A DNA stretch of 64,000 nt from Candidatus Terraquivivens yellowstonensis (GCA_023539445.1 JAKCEW010000001.1:75484-139483), one strand, 5' to 3'. Positions 38,156 through 48,572 are shown, counted from the stretch's first letter. The notes: a model not told the origin generated them from the sequence alone. A program made the numbers and translations.

Positions 38156-41100
38156 ATGTCCTACAGGGGTTCTGTGGCCGCTATAAAGTTTGGCATACTT
38201 TCGCCCGACCTCATCAGGAGAATGTCCGTAGCTGAAATACAAAACCCCGATACATACGGCGATGACGGTCTTCCGATACCCACGGGTGTAATGGATCCAA
38301 GGTTGGGGACCCTAGAGCCCGGCCAACGTTGTAAGACGTGCGGTAACACTTACCTTGGATGTCCAGGGCACTTCGGACACATAGAATTACCGGTTCCCGT
38401 TATACACGTTGGCTTTGTCAAAACTATACATACGCTCCTAAAAGCAACCTGCAGGTCATGTGGTAGGATACTTTTAAACGATGAAGAGATAAAGAGCTTT
38501 AAAGAAGAGTTAGAAAAGGAGAAACAGTCCGGGAGACCATACAGGCATATTTACTTCAAAGTAATACAGAAGGCCACATCGACACAGACTTGTCCGCACT
38601 GCGGCGAGAAGCAGCTAAAGATCGAATTGGAGAAGCCGACGACGTTTATAGAAGCGGCGGAGTCGGAGCTTGTAAGACTTCCAGCAAACGTTGTCAGAGC
38701 TAGGCTAGAGAGAATACCTGACGACGACCTAGTGTTGCTGGACATAGATCCTAAGAGCGCAAGACCAGAGTGGATGGTACTAACGGTCTTACCCGTACCG
38801 CCTGTTTATGTAAGGCCATCCATCACGCTTGAATCGGGTTTCAGGTCAGAAGATGACCTGACCCACAAGTTGGTAGACATACTCAGGGTTGCTCAAAGGC
38901 TTAGAGAAAACATAGCCGCCGGGTCTCCATCACCAGTCATAATGGAATTGTCAGACCTTCTCCAGTATCATGTAACAACTTACATTAATAATGAGGCGGT
39001 CGGAATATCGCCGTCTGTTCATAGGTCCGGCCGCGTACTAAAGACATTGGCGCAGAGATTGAAAGGCAAGGAAGGCAGGTTCAGGTTAAACCTTTCCGGC
39101 AAGAGGGTCGACTTCTCCGCCAGAACTGTCATATCCCCAGATCCCAACATTGGAATAAACGAGGTCGGAGTTCCCATAGAAATAGCGATGCAACTTACCG
39201 TACCAGAAAAAGTTACTGTATGGAACATTGAAAGATTAAGGGAATATGTAAGGAACGGTCCGGATAAGTATCCGGGCGCCAAGTACATAATCAGGCCGGA
39301 TGGTAAGACCATAAGGCTAAAACTTGCGCACGATTTAAACGAGCTGGCAAATGCTCTAGAGCCTGGCTACATAGTCGAGCGGCACCTCATCGACGGAGAT
39401 ATTGTGTTGTTCAACAGGCAGCCTTCGCTTCATAGAATGTCAATAATGGCCCATATAGTAAAGGTCCTTCCTTACAAGACATTCCGTCTCAATCTTGCGG
39501 TTTGCACACCATATAACGCGGACTTCGACGGTGACGAGATGAACCTACACGTTCCACAGAGCGAAGAAGCCCAAACCGAAGCTCGAATACTACTTTTAGT
39601 ACAGAATAATATAATATCTCCGCGCCACGGTACGCCCATAATCGGAGCCATTAGAGACTTCCTCACAGCTACCTACTTGTTGACAAAGGATGATACTTTG
39701 CTCAGCCTAAAAGAGCTGTCCTATTTGCTCTCAGCGATAGGGTATGACGGTGAGCTACCAGAGCCAGTGGTAACTACGCCGCAACCGTTATGGAGTGGCA
39801 AGCAGGTATTCAGCCTATTACTTCCAAAGGACTTTAGTCACAAATTCAGATCTACCTTTATGCCCGAGGAACCAGTCATAATACAGGATGGTAAGCTCAT
39901 AAAAGGTGTGATAGATAAAGGTGGCATAGGCGTAGAGAAAGCAAACAACATAATACATAGGTTAGTAAGAGACTACGGGCCTGATGTAGCTAGGGAATTC
40001 TTAGACAGAGTAGTGAGGCTTGCTAACACCTATCTGCGTATAAGGGGCTTCACTTTCACCATAGATGACCTAACGGTGCCAGCTGAAATTTACCGAGAAA
40101 TATCCAAACTTTTTGTAAAGATGGATGAAGAATTCAATAAACTTAAAGCGGACTATGAAAAGGGTAAAGCTCCTGTTTATCCAGGCGAGACGCCTGAACA
40201 ATCATTCGAATCTGTAATCTTATCGTTACTTTCAAAGACTAGGGATACTGCAGGCAAGATTGTGAGGCAAAGCATACCTCCATCGAATAATGCTCTGATA
40301 ATGATAAAGACTGGAGCGAGGGGCACATCACTTAACATCGACCAAATGATAGCTGTCGTCGGTCAACAGGCGGTTAGGAGGGAAAGGATCAAGAGAGGAT
40401 ACATGGACAGGGTTCTAACATTCTTTAAGCCAAAAGATCTGTCACCTAGGGCTAGAGGCTTTGTTTATAACTCGTTCATGAACGGCTTAGACCCGCTAGA
40501 ATTCTTCTTCCATATGGTGGGTGGAAGGGACGGTCTTGTTGACACGGCGGTGAGAACCCAGCAAAGCGGTTACATGCAGCGTAGATTGATAAACGCTCTA
40601 GAATCGCTGTACGTTGAGTACGACGGCACGGTAAGGACAACGGACGAAAAGAGAATAATACAATTCCAGTACGGTGAGGACGGTGTTGACCCTGCTAAGA
40701 GTGAACATGGACAGCCAGTTAACCCGACTCTGATCATAGAAAAGTTCATGAAGAGCTTGCCAGCAGACAAGCCCGCCTCCAACGAGTATATAATGTCAAA
40801 GTCTGAATGGTACAAGAAACTCATGCCTGAAAAGATTGTTGAAGAGTTGGCGAACGAACTCATAAAAGCGAAAGCTTCAGAACGTGTAGTTGATAACTCC
40901 TTTGAAGAAGCATATAGGGTTTATTTGAATTCTAGAGTAGAACCCGGTGATGCCGTAGGGGTCGTGACAGCTCAGTCAATAGGTGAACCGGGAACCCAGC
41001 TTACACTTAGGACGTTCCACTTTGCGGGTGTTAGGGAACAAAGCATACTGCTTGGTTTGCCAAGGTTAATTGAGATAGTCGACGCCCGTAAGGTCCCCTC

Positions 41101-41974
41101 CACACCTATAATGAGAATATATCTCCAGAAGGAATTCGCAAAAGATAAGGCCAAAGCGCAAAAAATCGCAAACCAAATACAACACACGGCTCTCAAAGAA
41201 ATAGTTTCCGAAGTGGTTATAAACTATAAGCGCGGTATTCTAACCGTTACGTTAGACACGGATGCGATGCATGAAAGGGGTGTCACTCTAAGTGACGTGA
41301 AAAATGCCCTGAAAGCTTACAAGCCAGAAGTGAAGGACACGAATATCGTCATCTTAAAGCCATCCGAGGACAGCGTACAAGCGCTCGAGAAGATTAGAGA
41401 CAAAATACTGATGGACGACAAAATGACGGTCAAGGGAATTAAGAAAATAACGAAAGCTCTGGTTGTACAGGAAAATGATGAGTACGTAATACTAACGGAG
41501 GGCTCAAACCTAAGAGAGGTTGTAAAGGTGCCTGGTGTTGATGCCACTAGGGTTATTACGAACGACATACATGAGATTGCAGAAGTCTTAGGAATAGAGG
41601 CTGCAAGGAACGCGATAATAAACGAGGCGAAGAACGTGCTACGCGAGCAAGGATTAGACGTCGACATTAGGCATCTTATACTCTTGGCAGATATGATGAC
41701 AGTCAGTGGTAGCGTAAGGCAGGTAGGTAGGCATGGTGTGATTAAGCTAAAAGAGAGCGTACTTGCTAGGGCGGCCTTTGAAATAAGCGTTCAAGTACTG
41801 CTTGATGCAGCGACCAGAGGTGAGGTGGATTACTTGAAAGGTAACGTTGAAAGGATACTTATGGGAAAGGAGATACCGGTGGGTACGGGCATGGTATCGT
41901 TGCTGATGGTGCATCAAGCTAACCAGTCGAATAACGAGGTCGGTGATAAGAATGAACATAAGGAAAGAACTTGA
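38156..41974 (+). CDS. rpoA: DNA-directed RNA polymerase subunit A: A' and A'' in one continuous 1272-aa frame
   Basis: N-terminal Zn motifs CKTCG/CPGHFGH, NADFDGDEMN at the catalytic centre, and the A''-type block GEPGTQLTLRTFHFAGV downstream. There is no stop codon at the position where most archaea split A'/A'' (around ...GEDGVDPAKSEHGQ / ...MPEKIVEEL). Confidence 0.9.
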   Translation: MSYRGSVAAIKFGILSPDLIRRMSVAEIQNPDTYGDDGLPIPTGVMDPRLGTLEPGQRCKTCGNTYLGCPGHFGHIELPVPVIHVGFVKTIHTLLKATCRSCGRILLNDEEIKSFKEELEKEKQSGRPYRHIYFKVIQKATSTQTCPHCGEKQLKIELEKPTTFIEAAESELVRLPANVVRARLERIPDDDLVLLDIDPKSARPEWMVLTVLPVPPVYVRPSITLESGFRSEDDLTHKLVDILRVAQRLRENIAAGSPSPVIMELSDLLQYHVTTYINNEAVGISPSVHRSGRVLKTLAQRLKGKEGRFRLNLSGKRVDFSARTVISPDPNIGINEVGVPIEIAMQLTVPEKVTVWNIERLREYVRNGPDKYPGAKYIIRPDGKTIRLKLAHDLNELANALEPGYIVERHLIDGDIVLFNRQPSLHRMSIMAHIVKVLPYKTFRLNLAVCTPYNADFDGDEMNLHVPQSEEAQTEARILLLVQNNIISPRHGTPIIGAIRDFLTATYLLTKDDTLLSLKELSYLLSAIGYDGELPEPVVTTPQPLWSGKQVFSLLLPKDFSHKFRSTFMPEEPVIIQDGKLIKGVIDKGGIGVEKANNIIHRLVRDYGPDVAREFLDRVVRLANTYLRIRGFTFTIDDLTVPAEIYREISKLFVKMDEEFNKLKADYEKGKAPVYPGETPEQSFESVILSLLSKTRDTAGKIVRQSIPPSNNALIMIKTGARGTSLNIDQMIAVVGQQAVRRERIKRGYMDRVLTFFKPKDLSPRARGFVYNSFMNGLDPLEFFFHMVGGRDGLVDTAVRTQQSGYMQRRLINALESLYVEYDGTVRTTDEKRIIQFQYGEDGVDPAKSEHGQPVNPTLIIEKFMKSLPADKPASNEYIMSKSEWYKKLMPEKIVEELANELIKAKASERVVDNSFEEAYRVYLNSRVEPGDAVGVVTAQSIGEPGTQLTLRTFHFAGVREQSILLGLPRLIEIVDARKVPSTPIMRIYLQKEFAKDKAKAQKIANQIQHTALKEIVSEVVINYKRGILTVTLDTDAMHERGVTLSDVKNALKAYKPEVKDTNIVILKPSEDSVQALEKIRDKILMDDKMTVKGIKKITKALVVQENDEYVILTEGSNLREVVKVPGVDATRVITNDIHEIAEVLGIEAARNAIINEAKNVLREQGLDVDIRHLILLADMMTVSGSVRQVGRHGVIKLKESVLARAAFEISVQVLLDAATRGEVDYLKGNVERILMGKEIPVGTGMVSLLMVHQANQSNNEVGDKNEHKERT

Positions 41975-42260
41975 GATAATAAACAGGACAGGGAAAGTCA
42001 TCCTAGGTTTCAGACAATCTTATCTATCGCTACTAAACGGTAAATCAAAACTTGTTTTACTGGCAAAGAACTGTCCGCCGAATATTGAGAAGAGGATTTA
42101 CATGGCCTCTAAGATGGTAGGTGTGCCTGTGATAAAGACGGAGCTGAGCTCAAACGAAATTGGCTATGTTCTCGGAAAACCATTCAGGGTATCAACGCTT
42201 TCCGTCTTGGATCCTGGCAGTTCAAACATACTCGAGGAGGTTGTACCAGAAGTTGAGTGA
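41952..42260 (+). CDS. rpl30e: 50S ribosomal protein eL30
   Basis: MNIRKELEIINRTGKVILGFRQS is the L30e N-terminus. The track start at 41943 (GTG) overlaps the rpoA end. Confidence 0.85.
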   Translation: MNIRKELEIINRTGKVILGFRQSYLSLLNGKSKLVLLAKNCPPNIEKRIYMASKMVGVPVIKTELSSNEIGYVLGKPFRVSTLSVLDPGSSNILEEVVPEVE

Positions 42261-42687
42261 AGGATTCAAACTTACAGAAAAAGAGATGAAATACATATCT
42301 TTGTTTGAGGCAGCAACCGGCGTAGCGGCTGTAGATTGTGTCGAGAGCGGTGACTTGGTGGTATTCGTTGTAAGGGAAGGTGACCTGAAGAAGGTCTTGA
42401 GTAAGGGTGGTAGCAAAATACAAGAATTCTCTAGGATAATCAAGAAGCGCGTCAAAGTAATTGAGCTTTCAGAGGACCCCAGTAATTTTGTCAAGAATGC
42501 CCTCATGCCGGCTAAACTTTCTGGGCCAGTCAGAATAGCTTTGAGACCCGACGGTAGGAAGATAGCAATAGCCTCAGTAGATCCAAAGGACAAGGGGCTT
42601 GCCATCGGCAAGAACGGCAAGACTATAGAGCTGGTCAGGCTTTTAGCCAAGAGACACTATAGCATAGACCACGTTACTATTCAGTAA
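42253..42687 (+). CDS. nusA: Archaeal NusA homolog (two KH domains)
   Basis: ...EKEMKYISLFEAATGVAAVDCV...GKNGKTIELVRLL KH motifs. The likely start is the TTG at 42253, which overlaps the eL30 stop; an alternative ATG is at 42286. Confidence 0.8.
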   Translation: MSEGFKLTEKEMKYISLFEAATGVAAVDCVESGDLVVFVVREGDLKKVLSKGGSKIQEFSRIIKKRVKVIELSEDPSNFVKNALMPAKLSGPVRIALRPDGRKIAIASVDPKDKGLAIGKNGKTIELVRLLAKRHYSIDHVTIQ

Positions 42688-42816
42688 ATCTTACGCTATC
42701 GCGGCTCTACTTTAATAATCTTGGATCAAAACTCAATTTAATACTCAAATAGCCCGAGAAAAGAGAAGGGTTTTTAAGTTGCTTACCAGAACCCCATTTT
42801 TAGCCGAGGATGGGCC

Positions 42817-43245
42817 ATGGGTAATGGGCTATTTGCAGCGAGGAAACTCATCCAAAACAGGAAGAAGTTTAGGTGGAGTCAGCGAAAGTACCGAATCAGA
42901 ATGCTCCAGCTTAAGCTGAAGACTGACCCGCTCGAGGGTGCACCCATGGCCCGTGGTATAGTTCTGCAGAAGATTGGGATAGAATCTAGGCAGCCGAACT
43001 CAGCCGTTAGAAAGGCTGTCAGGGTTCAATTGATTAAGAATGGTAAGGTCGTTACGGCCTTCTTACCAGGTGACGGTGCCCTAAACGTCGTTGATGAGCA
43101 CGATGAGGTGATAATCAGCGGTATAGGTGGCTCCATGGGCAAAAGCTATGGCGACCTCCCGGGCGTTAGATACAAGGTAGAGTTGGTGAACGGCGTTCCG
43201 CTTAACCTGTTAGTTACCGGCAAGGTCAAAAAGCCTAAGAGGTGA
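42817..43245 (+). CDS. rps12: 30S ribosomal protein uS12
   Basis: [28 protein letters not shown] is S12. Confidence 0.9.
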   Translation: MGNGLFAARKLIQNRKKFRWSQRKYRIRMLQLKLKTDPLEGAPMARGIVLQKIGIESRQPNSAVRKAVRVQLIKNGKVVTAFLPGDGALNVVDEHDEVIISGIGGSMGKSYGDLPGVRYKVELVNGVPLNLLVTGKVKKPKR

Positions 43246-43811
43246 CGTTTTTGGTAAGTTTCAAGATATTCGATAAATGGAGTACGGATGGTATCGAGAT
43301 AAAGGACCCCGGTCTACAGCGCTATATTTGCCTTAAACCGATGGTACACTCTGGTGGAAGACACGAACATAGGAGGTTTGGAAAAGCTAACGTCAGCATA
43401 ATCGAACGTCTTGCAAACATGCTTATGAGGCCTGGGAGGAACGGTGGAAAGAAATCTAAAGCCCTTAAAATCGTGCGTAATGCTCTTGAAATAATACATT
43501 TGAGAACCGGAGCAAATCCTGTAGAGGTTTTGGTGAGGGCGCTCGAGAATGCCGCACCAAGAGAAGACGTAACGAGACTCAGCTACGGAGGGATAGTGTA
43601 CTTCAAGGCGGTTGATATATCCCCCCAGAGAAGGTTGGACTTAGCGCTCAGGTATATAACAACGGCCGCCCGCGAAGCCAGTTTCAGGAGCAGGAAAACC
43701 GTGGACGAGTGTTTAGCCGACGAAATAATACTAGCCTCACAGAACGATAGCAAGAGTTATGCCATAAAGAAGAAGCTTGAATTAGAGAGAATAGCCTTGG
43801 CGTCAAGGTAA
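43242..43811 (+). CDS. rps7: 30S ribosomal protein uS7
   Basis: 189 aa S7 in the str-cluster position. Confidence 0.9.
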   Translation: MTFLVSFKIFDKWSTDGIEIKDPGLQRYICLKPMVHSGGRHEHRRFGKANVSIIERLANMLMRPGRNGGKKSKALKIVRNALEIIHLRTGANPVEVLVRALENAAPREDVTRLSYGGIVYFKAVDISPQRRLDLALRYITTAAREASFRSRKTVDECLADEIILASQNDSKSYAIKKKLELERIALASR

Positions 43812-43916
43812 GAAACCGCGATATCAAACATAAAAAGTTTTAGAAAAAGGCCCCTACAAGCTTATATATACCCAATCCAAAAACGTTGAACGTAAATAGT
43901 AAGCGGTGGAAGTAGG

Positions 43917-45212
43917 ATGTCTACCAAACCACACCTAAACTTGGTAGTCATAGGGCATGTGGACCATGGAAAGTCAACAACGATGGGTCATCTACTGTAT
44001 AAACTGGGCGCCGTTGACGAGAGAACAATTCAGATGTACGAGGAAGAGGCGAAAAAACTTAGAAAGGAGACGTTTAAGTATGCATGGATACTCGACAGGG
44101 TTAAAGAAGAGCGAGAAAGGGGGCTAACAATAGACCTTGCGTTCCAGAAATTCGAGACCAAAAAATACTATTTCACACTGATTGACGCTCCCGGCCACAG
44201 GGACTTCGTGAAAAACATGATAACCGGAGCAAGCCAAGCGGATGCTGCAATTTTGGTAGTTTCTGCAAAGAAGGGCGAATATGAGGTAGGAATAGCGCCC
44301 GGTGGACAGACAAGGGAACATGCCTTCCTAGCATTCATGCTGGGCATAAGGCAACTGGTTGTCGCAATCAACAAGATGGACGATAGCACGGTTAACTGGT
44401 CCCAAGAAAGATACAATGAAGTAAAACAAGGTGTGCAGGACCTGTTAAAGCGTGTCGGCTACGACGTCTCAAAGATACACTTCGTACCTATCTCTGGATG
44501 GTTGGGCGATAACCTCGTAGAAAGAAGCAAAAACCTTCCGTGGTACAACGGGCCAACCTTAATAGAGGCCTTGGACACGTTCCAAGAGCCACCGAAACCA
44601 ATTGACAAGCCTTTGAGGATACCGATACAGGCAGTTTACTCCATTAAGGGTGTAGGAACAGTGCCTGTAGGAAGGGTTGAAACTGGTGTTCTGAAACCTG
44701 GTGATACCGTTGTTATCATGCCGCCTAACATAAAGGCTGAAGTCAAGAGTATAGAGATGCACCACCAGCCTTTGCAACAGGCAATACCTGGTGACAACAT
44801 AGGCTTTAACCTGAAGGGTGTAGAAAGATCCCAGCTTGCAAGGGGGATGGTTGTCAGCCATCCGGACAATCCGTGTAGCGTAGCGAAGGAATTCATTGGC
44901 CAGATAGTGGTGATATACCACCCGACGGCTATAGCAGTTGGCTATACGCCAGTCATGCACATACATACTGCACAAGTAGCTGTAAAGTTCGTTGAACTGA
45001 TAGCAAAGATAGACCCAAGGACCGGACAGGTTGTAGAGAAGAACCCGCAATTCCTCAAGACGGGAGATATAGCGCTCGTGAGGCTTGCACCGTTACAACC
45101 GACGGCGCTCGAACCGTACTCCCAGTTCCCCGAGTTAGGCAGGTTTGCAATCAGAGATAGTGGTATGACAATAGCTGCTGGCATAGTCAAGGAGATAACG
45201 CAGAAGGCTTAG
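43917..45212 (+). CDS. tuf: Translation elongation factor 1-alpha (aEF-1A)
   Basis: GHVDHGKST, DAPGHRDF and NKMD G-motifs; 431 aa. Confidence 0.95.
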   Translation: MSTKPHLNLVVIGHVDHGKSTTMGHLLYKLGAVDERTIQMYEEEAKKLRKETFKYAWILDRVKEERERGLTIDLAFQKFETKKYYFTLIDAPGHRDFVKNMITGASQADAAILVVSAKKGEYEVGIAPGGQTREHAFLAFMLGIRQLVVAINKMDDSTVNWSQERYNEVKQGVQDLLKRVGYDVSKIHFVPISGWLGDNLVERSKNLPWYNGPTLIEALDTFQEPPKPIDKPLRIPIQAVYSIKGVGTVPVGRVETGVLKPGDTVVIMPPNIKAEVKSIEMHHQPLQQAIPGDNIGFNLKGVERSQLARGMVVSHPDNPCSVAKEFIGQIVVIYHPTAIAVGYTPVMHIHTAQVAVKFVELIAKIDPRTGQVVEKNPQFLKTGDIALVRLAPLQPTALEPYSQFPELGRFAIRDSGMTIAAGIVKEITQKA

Positions 45213-45243
45213 TAATCCAGCATGAGTAGGGGCAGTATCTTCG

Positions 45244-45555
45244 ATGCCTCAGATGATACGCGTTAAGCTTACCAGCACGGACTTGGAAAAGCTAGAGAGG
45301 GTTTGTAGGGAAATAAAAGACATAGCGGACAAGACGGGTACGAAGATTTCTGGCCCAATACCCCTACCTAGGAAAAGGCTCGTCCTTCCGGTCAGGAAAT
45401 CTCCATGTGGCGAAGGGACAAAGACTTGGCGTAAGCATGAATTGAGGATTTACAGAAGATTGATAGACATGAGCATAAGTGATCAGAGAGTTCTTCGCCA
45501 AATAATGAGGATACAAATACCGGACGAAGTAAGCGTTGAAATGACTGTTAAGTAA
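45244..45555 (+). CDS. rps10: 30S ribosomal protein uS10
   Basis: IRVKLTSTDLEKLERVCREIKDIADKTGTKISGPIPLP is S10. Confidence 0.9.
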   Translation: MPQMIRVKLTSTDLEKLERVCREIKDIADKTGTKISGPIPLPRKRLVLPVRKSPCGEGTKTWRKHELRIYRRLIDMSISDQRVLRQIMRIQIPDEVSVEMTVK

Positions 45556-45558
45556 AAA

Positions 45559-46470
45559 TCACACGAATCCCATAACTTTATTTACGAAGAACGAAAAGTA
45601 AAGTAGCGAAAAGCTAACCATCGCGGCGCTTTGCCACTTTATGTTTTTAGCGTAAGATATACCAGCGGTCATCAAAATTATGGTTATGCCCTGTGAGATT
45701 AGCAGTAGCACATCTCTGACTACAAAATAGTTACCAGTACCTGGAGGTGGCATTAAGTTAAACTTGAAAAGCCTATCTATTGTTATGATCCCGGGCACTA
45801 TCGCGAGTGGTAGGAGTGATAGTAACAGACACAATAAAAACTTGATATGCTCCGCATAGTTGCTCTTGAACCAATCCTTTATACGAGACAAAGAACCTTT
45901 CCCACTCGTTACTCTAAAAGTTTTCACACCACCTGCTACAAACCAGCTCATGATCGTTGTGTAGATGTAGACTATAATAACGCTGACGAGAAAATTTACA
46001 CCGAAATCCAGAACGGTAAAGCGTGGTCTCTCCAACACATGAAGTATGAACGGAACGAATTTTGCATAGATCATCAGAGCGCTAATAACGGAGATCGAGA
46101 GTAAAGGAAGGAAGATCCTCATGGCCATGTTTTCATATAGAGGGGTAAAAAGGCTGATCGGGAAGAATATATTCGAAAGCACAGAAACTACTTTGCTGGG
46201 GGGCTCTTTACTAAGCAACTCTTCAGGCTCCATCCGCTCCATCAAAGCTTTGTAAACTCTCTGCCCCTCTGGGGTCAGCGTATAGTTTCTCTTGTTATCT
46301 TGTTGGACTAGCCCTCCTAGTTGGCGCAAGTTGTAATAAAGCGAACCGGTGCTTATTCCCAACTTATCACGAAGGGCTGTGGCGCCTATCTTGCCCGCTT
46401 CGCCTATGGCCAAGATTATCCTGCGCCTGTTTTTGTGTCTGAGGAGCCATATTATGTCCTCTTCTTCCAA
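45559..46470 (-). CDS. Membrane-anchored winged-helix (ArsR-like) transcriptional regulator
   Basis: N-terminal HTH (RRRIILAIGEAGKIGATALRDKLGISTGSLYYNLRQL) followed by about 6 predicted TM segments. Confidence 0.5.
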   Translation of the reverse strand: MEEEDIIWLLRHKNRRRIILAIGEAGKIGATALRDKLGISTGSLYYNLRQLGGLVQQDNKRNYTLTPEGQRVYKALMERMEPEELLSKEPPSKVVSVLSNIFFPISLFTPLYENMAMRIFLPLLSISVISALMIYAKFVPFILHVLERPRFTVLDFGVNFLVSVIIVYIYTTIMSWFVAGGVKTFRVTSGKGSLSRIKDWFKSNYAEHIKFLLCLLLSLLPLAIVPGIITIDRLFKFNLMPPPGTGNYFVVRDVLLLISQGITIILMTAGISYAKNIKWQSAAMVSFSLLYFSFFVNKVMGFV

Positions 46471-46633
46471 TGTTTAGTGCCCCCGCATACTAAGGTTAAA
46501 GTTAGGCACATTAATATAAATAGTTGGGGTGGTTTTCGTAAAGTTTCGGGGCTAAAGCCACAAATTCCAAGAAAAACAAATTGTACTGAAATATTACAGA
46601 GATACGTTTAAAGCATTACATGCGTACTAAAAA

Positions 46634-47242
46634 TTGGGGGAAATGTCGCAAAATCAAAAGAAGGATGCGCCCGAATGGGTGGAGGATAGTGTGGTTTTTA
46701 GGGGCGTGATAAGACGAAGCGGAAATAGTTTAGCGATAACGATTCCCGCAGAGTTGCTTCAAAGGTTTCTTTTAAAGGAAGGACAGGAATTCGTGATGTT
46801 GGGAATGAGCAGGTCTAGGCCAGATTTCGAGGGAGCCATCCAAGTTTATTTGGGCTATTTCATCGTTTATGAAAAAGCGTTTGGGATTTCCCTTACACTC
46901 TCTGTTGATGAGAAGCTTAACGAAGTTTTAAAAACCCTTGAGCATCTAATCACAAAGTACGGTGCGACTAAATACACAAAACGCATTCTTGAGGAGAGTA
47001 GGTTGGAAATTAAAGCGACATTTGGTATGATAGCTGATGGGAGCTTTAAGAGGATGAGGTCAAAAGAGGAGGTAGAATCCATAATGACAGATATGCTGGC
47101 TGAGTTGCTTAGCATGGGTGTAAAAGTCGAATCATCCAACGTCTTCGAAGAGATACTTGAATGGAGAAACGTAGACCCGTCCATGATATCCAAGCTTCCG
47201 CACAAGACGATGGAAATGATACGATGGAAATGGGAAATATGA
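46634..47242 (+). CDS. Hypothetical protein with an AbrB/MazE-like N-terminal domain
   Basis: RRSGNSLAITIPAELL swapped-hairpin-like motif; the remainder has no recognisable family. Confidence 0.35.
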   Translation: MGEMSQNQKKDAPEWVEDSVVFRGVIRRSGNSLAITIPAELLQRFLLKEGQEFVMLGMSRSRPDFEGAIQVYLGYFIVYEKAFGISLTLSVDEKLNEVLKTLEHLITKYGATKYTKRILEESRLEIKATFGMIADGSFKRMRSKEEVESIMTDMLAELLSMGVKVESSNVFEEILEWRNVDPSMISKLPHKTMEMIRWKWEI

Positions 47243-47276
47243 TTGATGAAGCTTACAGGTTGGAGAAGGGCAGCGC

Positions 47277-48569
47277 TTGAGAATATATGCTGATTTACAC
47301 ATTCACAGCTATTATTCTGGTGCAACCTCAAGGAACATGAATCTGGAAGAGATTGCCCGATATGCCATAATAAAGGGTCTAGGGTTGCTGGGAACAGGCG
47401 ATGCTCTTCATCCGGGATGGTTTAAGGAATTGAGCGAACGCTTAGAGGAGATTGACAACACCGGAATCTATAGATTGAGGTTCTCCGAAAGCCCTGTACA
47501 CTTCATATTCCAAACTGAGGTTGCTACTGTGCACCAATATAAAGAAAAGGCAAGAAGAATTCATCACGTCATCTTAATACCATCGAAGGATGTGTCCATG
47601 CAGCTTGCAGATAGGCTCTCAACATATGGTGACTTGGCATCTGACGGTAGGCCGGTCCTTACGATGGCGCCCGCCGAGCTTGTTGATGTAGTCTTGGAAA
47701 CTGAAAAGAGATGCCTGATATTCCCAGCGCATGCTTGGACACCATGGTGGTCGGTATTCGGGAGCTTCAGCGGTGTTGATTCTTTAGAGGAAGCCTATGA
47801 AGACCGGGCTAAAGATATTTGCGCTTTAGAAACTGGACTTAGCAGCGACCCTCCCATGAACTGGAGGGTCAGCAGCTTGGACAGGCTCACATTAGTAAGT
47901 GCTAGTGATGCGCATAGTCCTTATCCATTCAGGCTTGGAAGGGAAGCTGTCGTGTTTGAATTGGACAAGCTCACTTACGATGAGGTTACCGATGCCATTA
48001 GAAAGAAGGACAGAAAGAGGATAGTTATGACGGTAGAGGTTCCGCCAGCATACGGCAAATATCACTGGTCAGGGCACAGAAACTGTAACGTCGGCCCTCT
48101 ATCACCAGAGGATGCTAAGAATGTGGGATACAAGTGTGTTGTTTGTGGCAAAAAATTGACAAAAGGTGTTGATGATAGGGTTAACGAGCTTGCGGACAGG
48201 CCTCCAGGCTACATACCGGAGGGCTCTATAGGCTTTAAATACGCTATACCCCTCCAAGAACTTATAGCAGTCTCAGAAGGCATAGACCTAGAATCCGAAC
48301 ACAGACTCACGTCTGGCAGGGTTTGGAAGGAGTACGCTAGGATAATATCCATCCTAGGTGACGAGTTTAGGGTAATGTTCGAAGCATCGGAAGAGGAGCT
48401 TAAAAGTGTGATGGAGCCTCAGCTAGTAAATCTCATAATGGCCGTGAGGCAGAACAGAATCAGGATAATTCCAGGGTTTGATGGGGTATATGGTCGAATA
48501 ATATTCGGCGCAGAAGAAAAGGTAGAAGAGCGAAAACACGTCAGTAAAAGGTTAGAAGATTTTTTCTGA
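47277..48569 (+). CDS. PHP-domain nuclease, endonuclease Q (EndoQ)-like
   Basis: DLHIHSYYS...GTGDALHP...FPAHAWTPW...SASDAHSP PHP motifs, plus a CxxC...CVVCGKK Zn finger. The overall length and block order match EndoQ as recalled from Pyrococcus furiosus. Confidence 0.65.
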   Translation: MRIYADLHIHSYYSGATSRNMNLEEIARYAIIKGLGLLGTGDALHPGWFKELSERLEEIDNTGIYRLRFSESPVHFIFQTEVATVHQYKEKARRIHHVILIPSKDVSMQLADRLSTYGDLASDGRPVLTMAPAELVDVVLETEKRCLIFPAHAWTPWWSVFGSFSGVDSLEEAYEDRAKDICALETGLSSDPPMNWRVSSLDRLTLVSASDAHSPYPFRLGREAVVFELDKLTYDEVTDAIRKKDRKRIVMTVEVPPAYGKYHWSGHRNCNVGPLSPEDAKNVGYKCVVCGKKLTKGVDDRVNELADRPPGYIPEGSIGFKYAIPLQELIAVSEGIDLESEHRLTSGRVWKEYARIISILGDEFRVMFEASEEELKSVMEPQLVNLIMAVRQNRIRIIPGFDGVYGRIIFGAEEKVEERKHVSKRLEDFF

Positions 48570-48572
48570 AAT

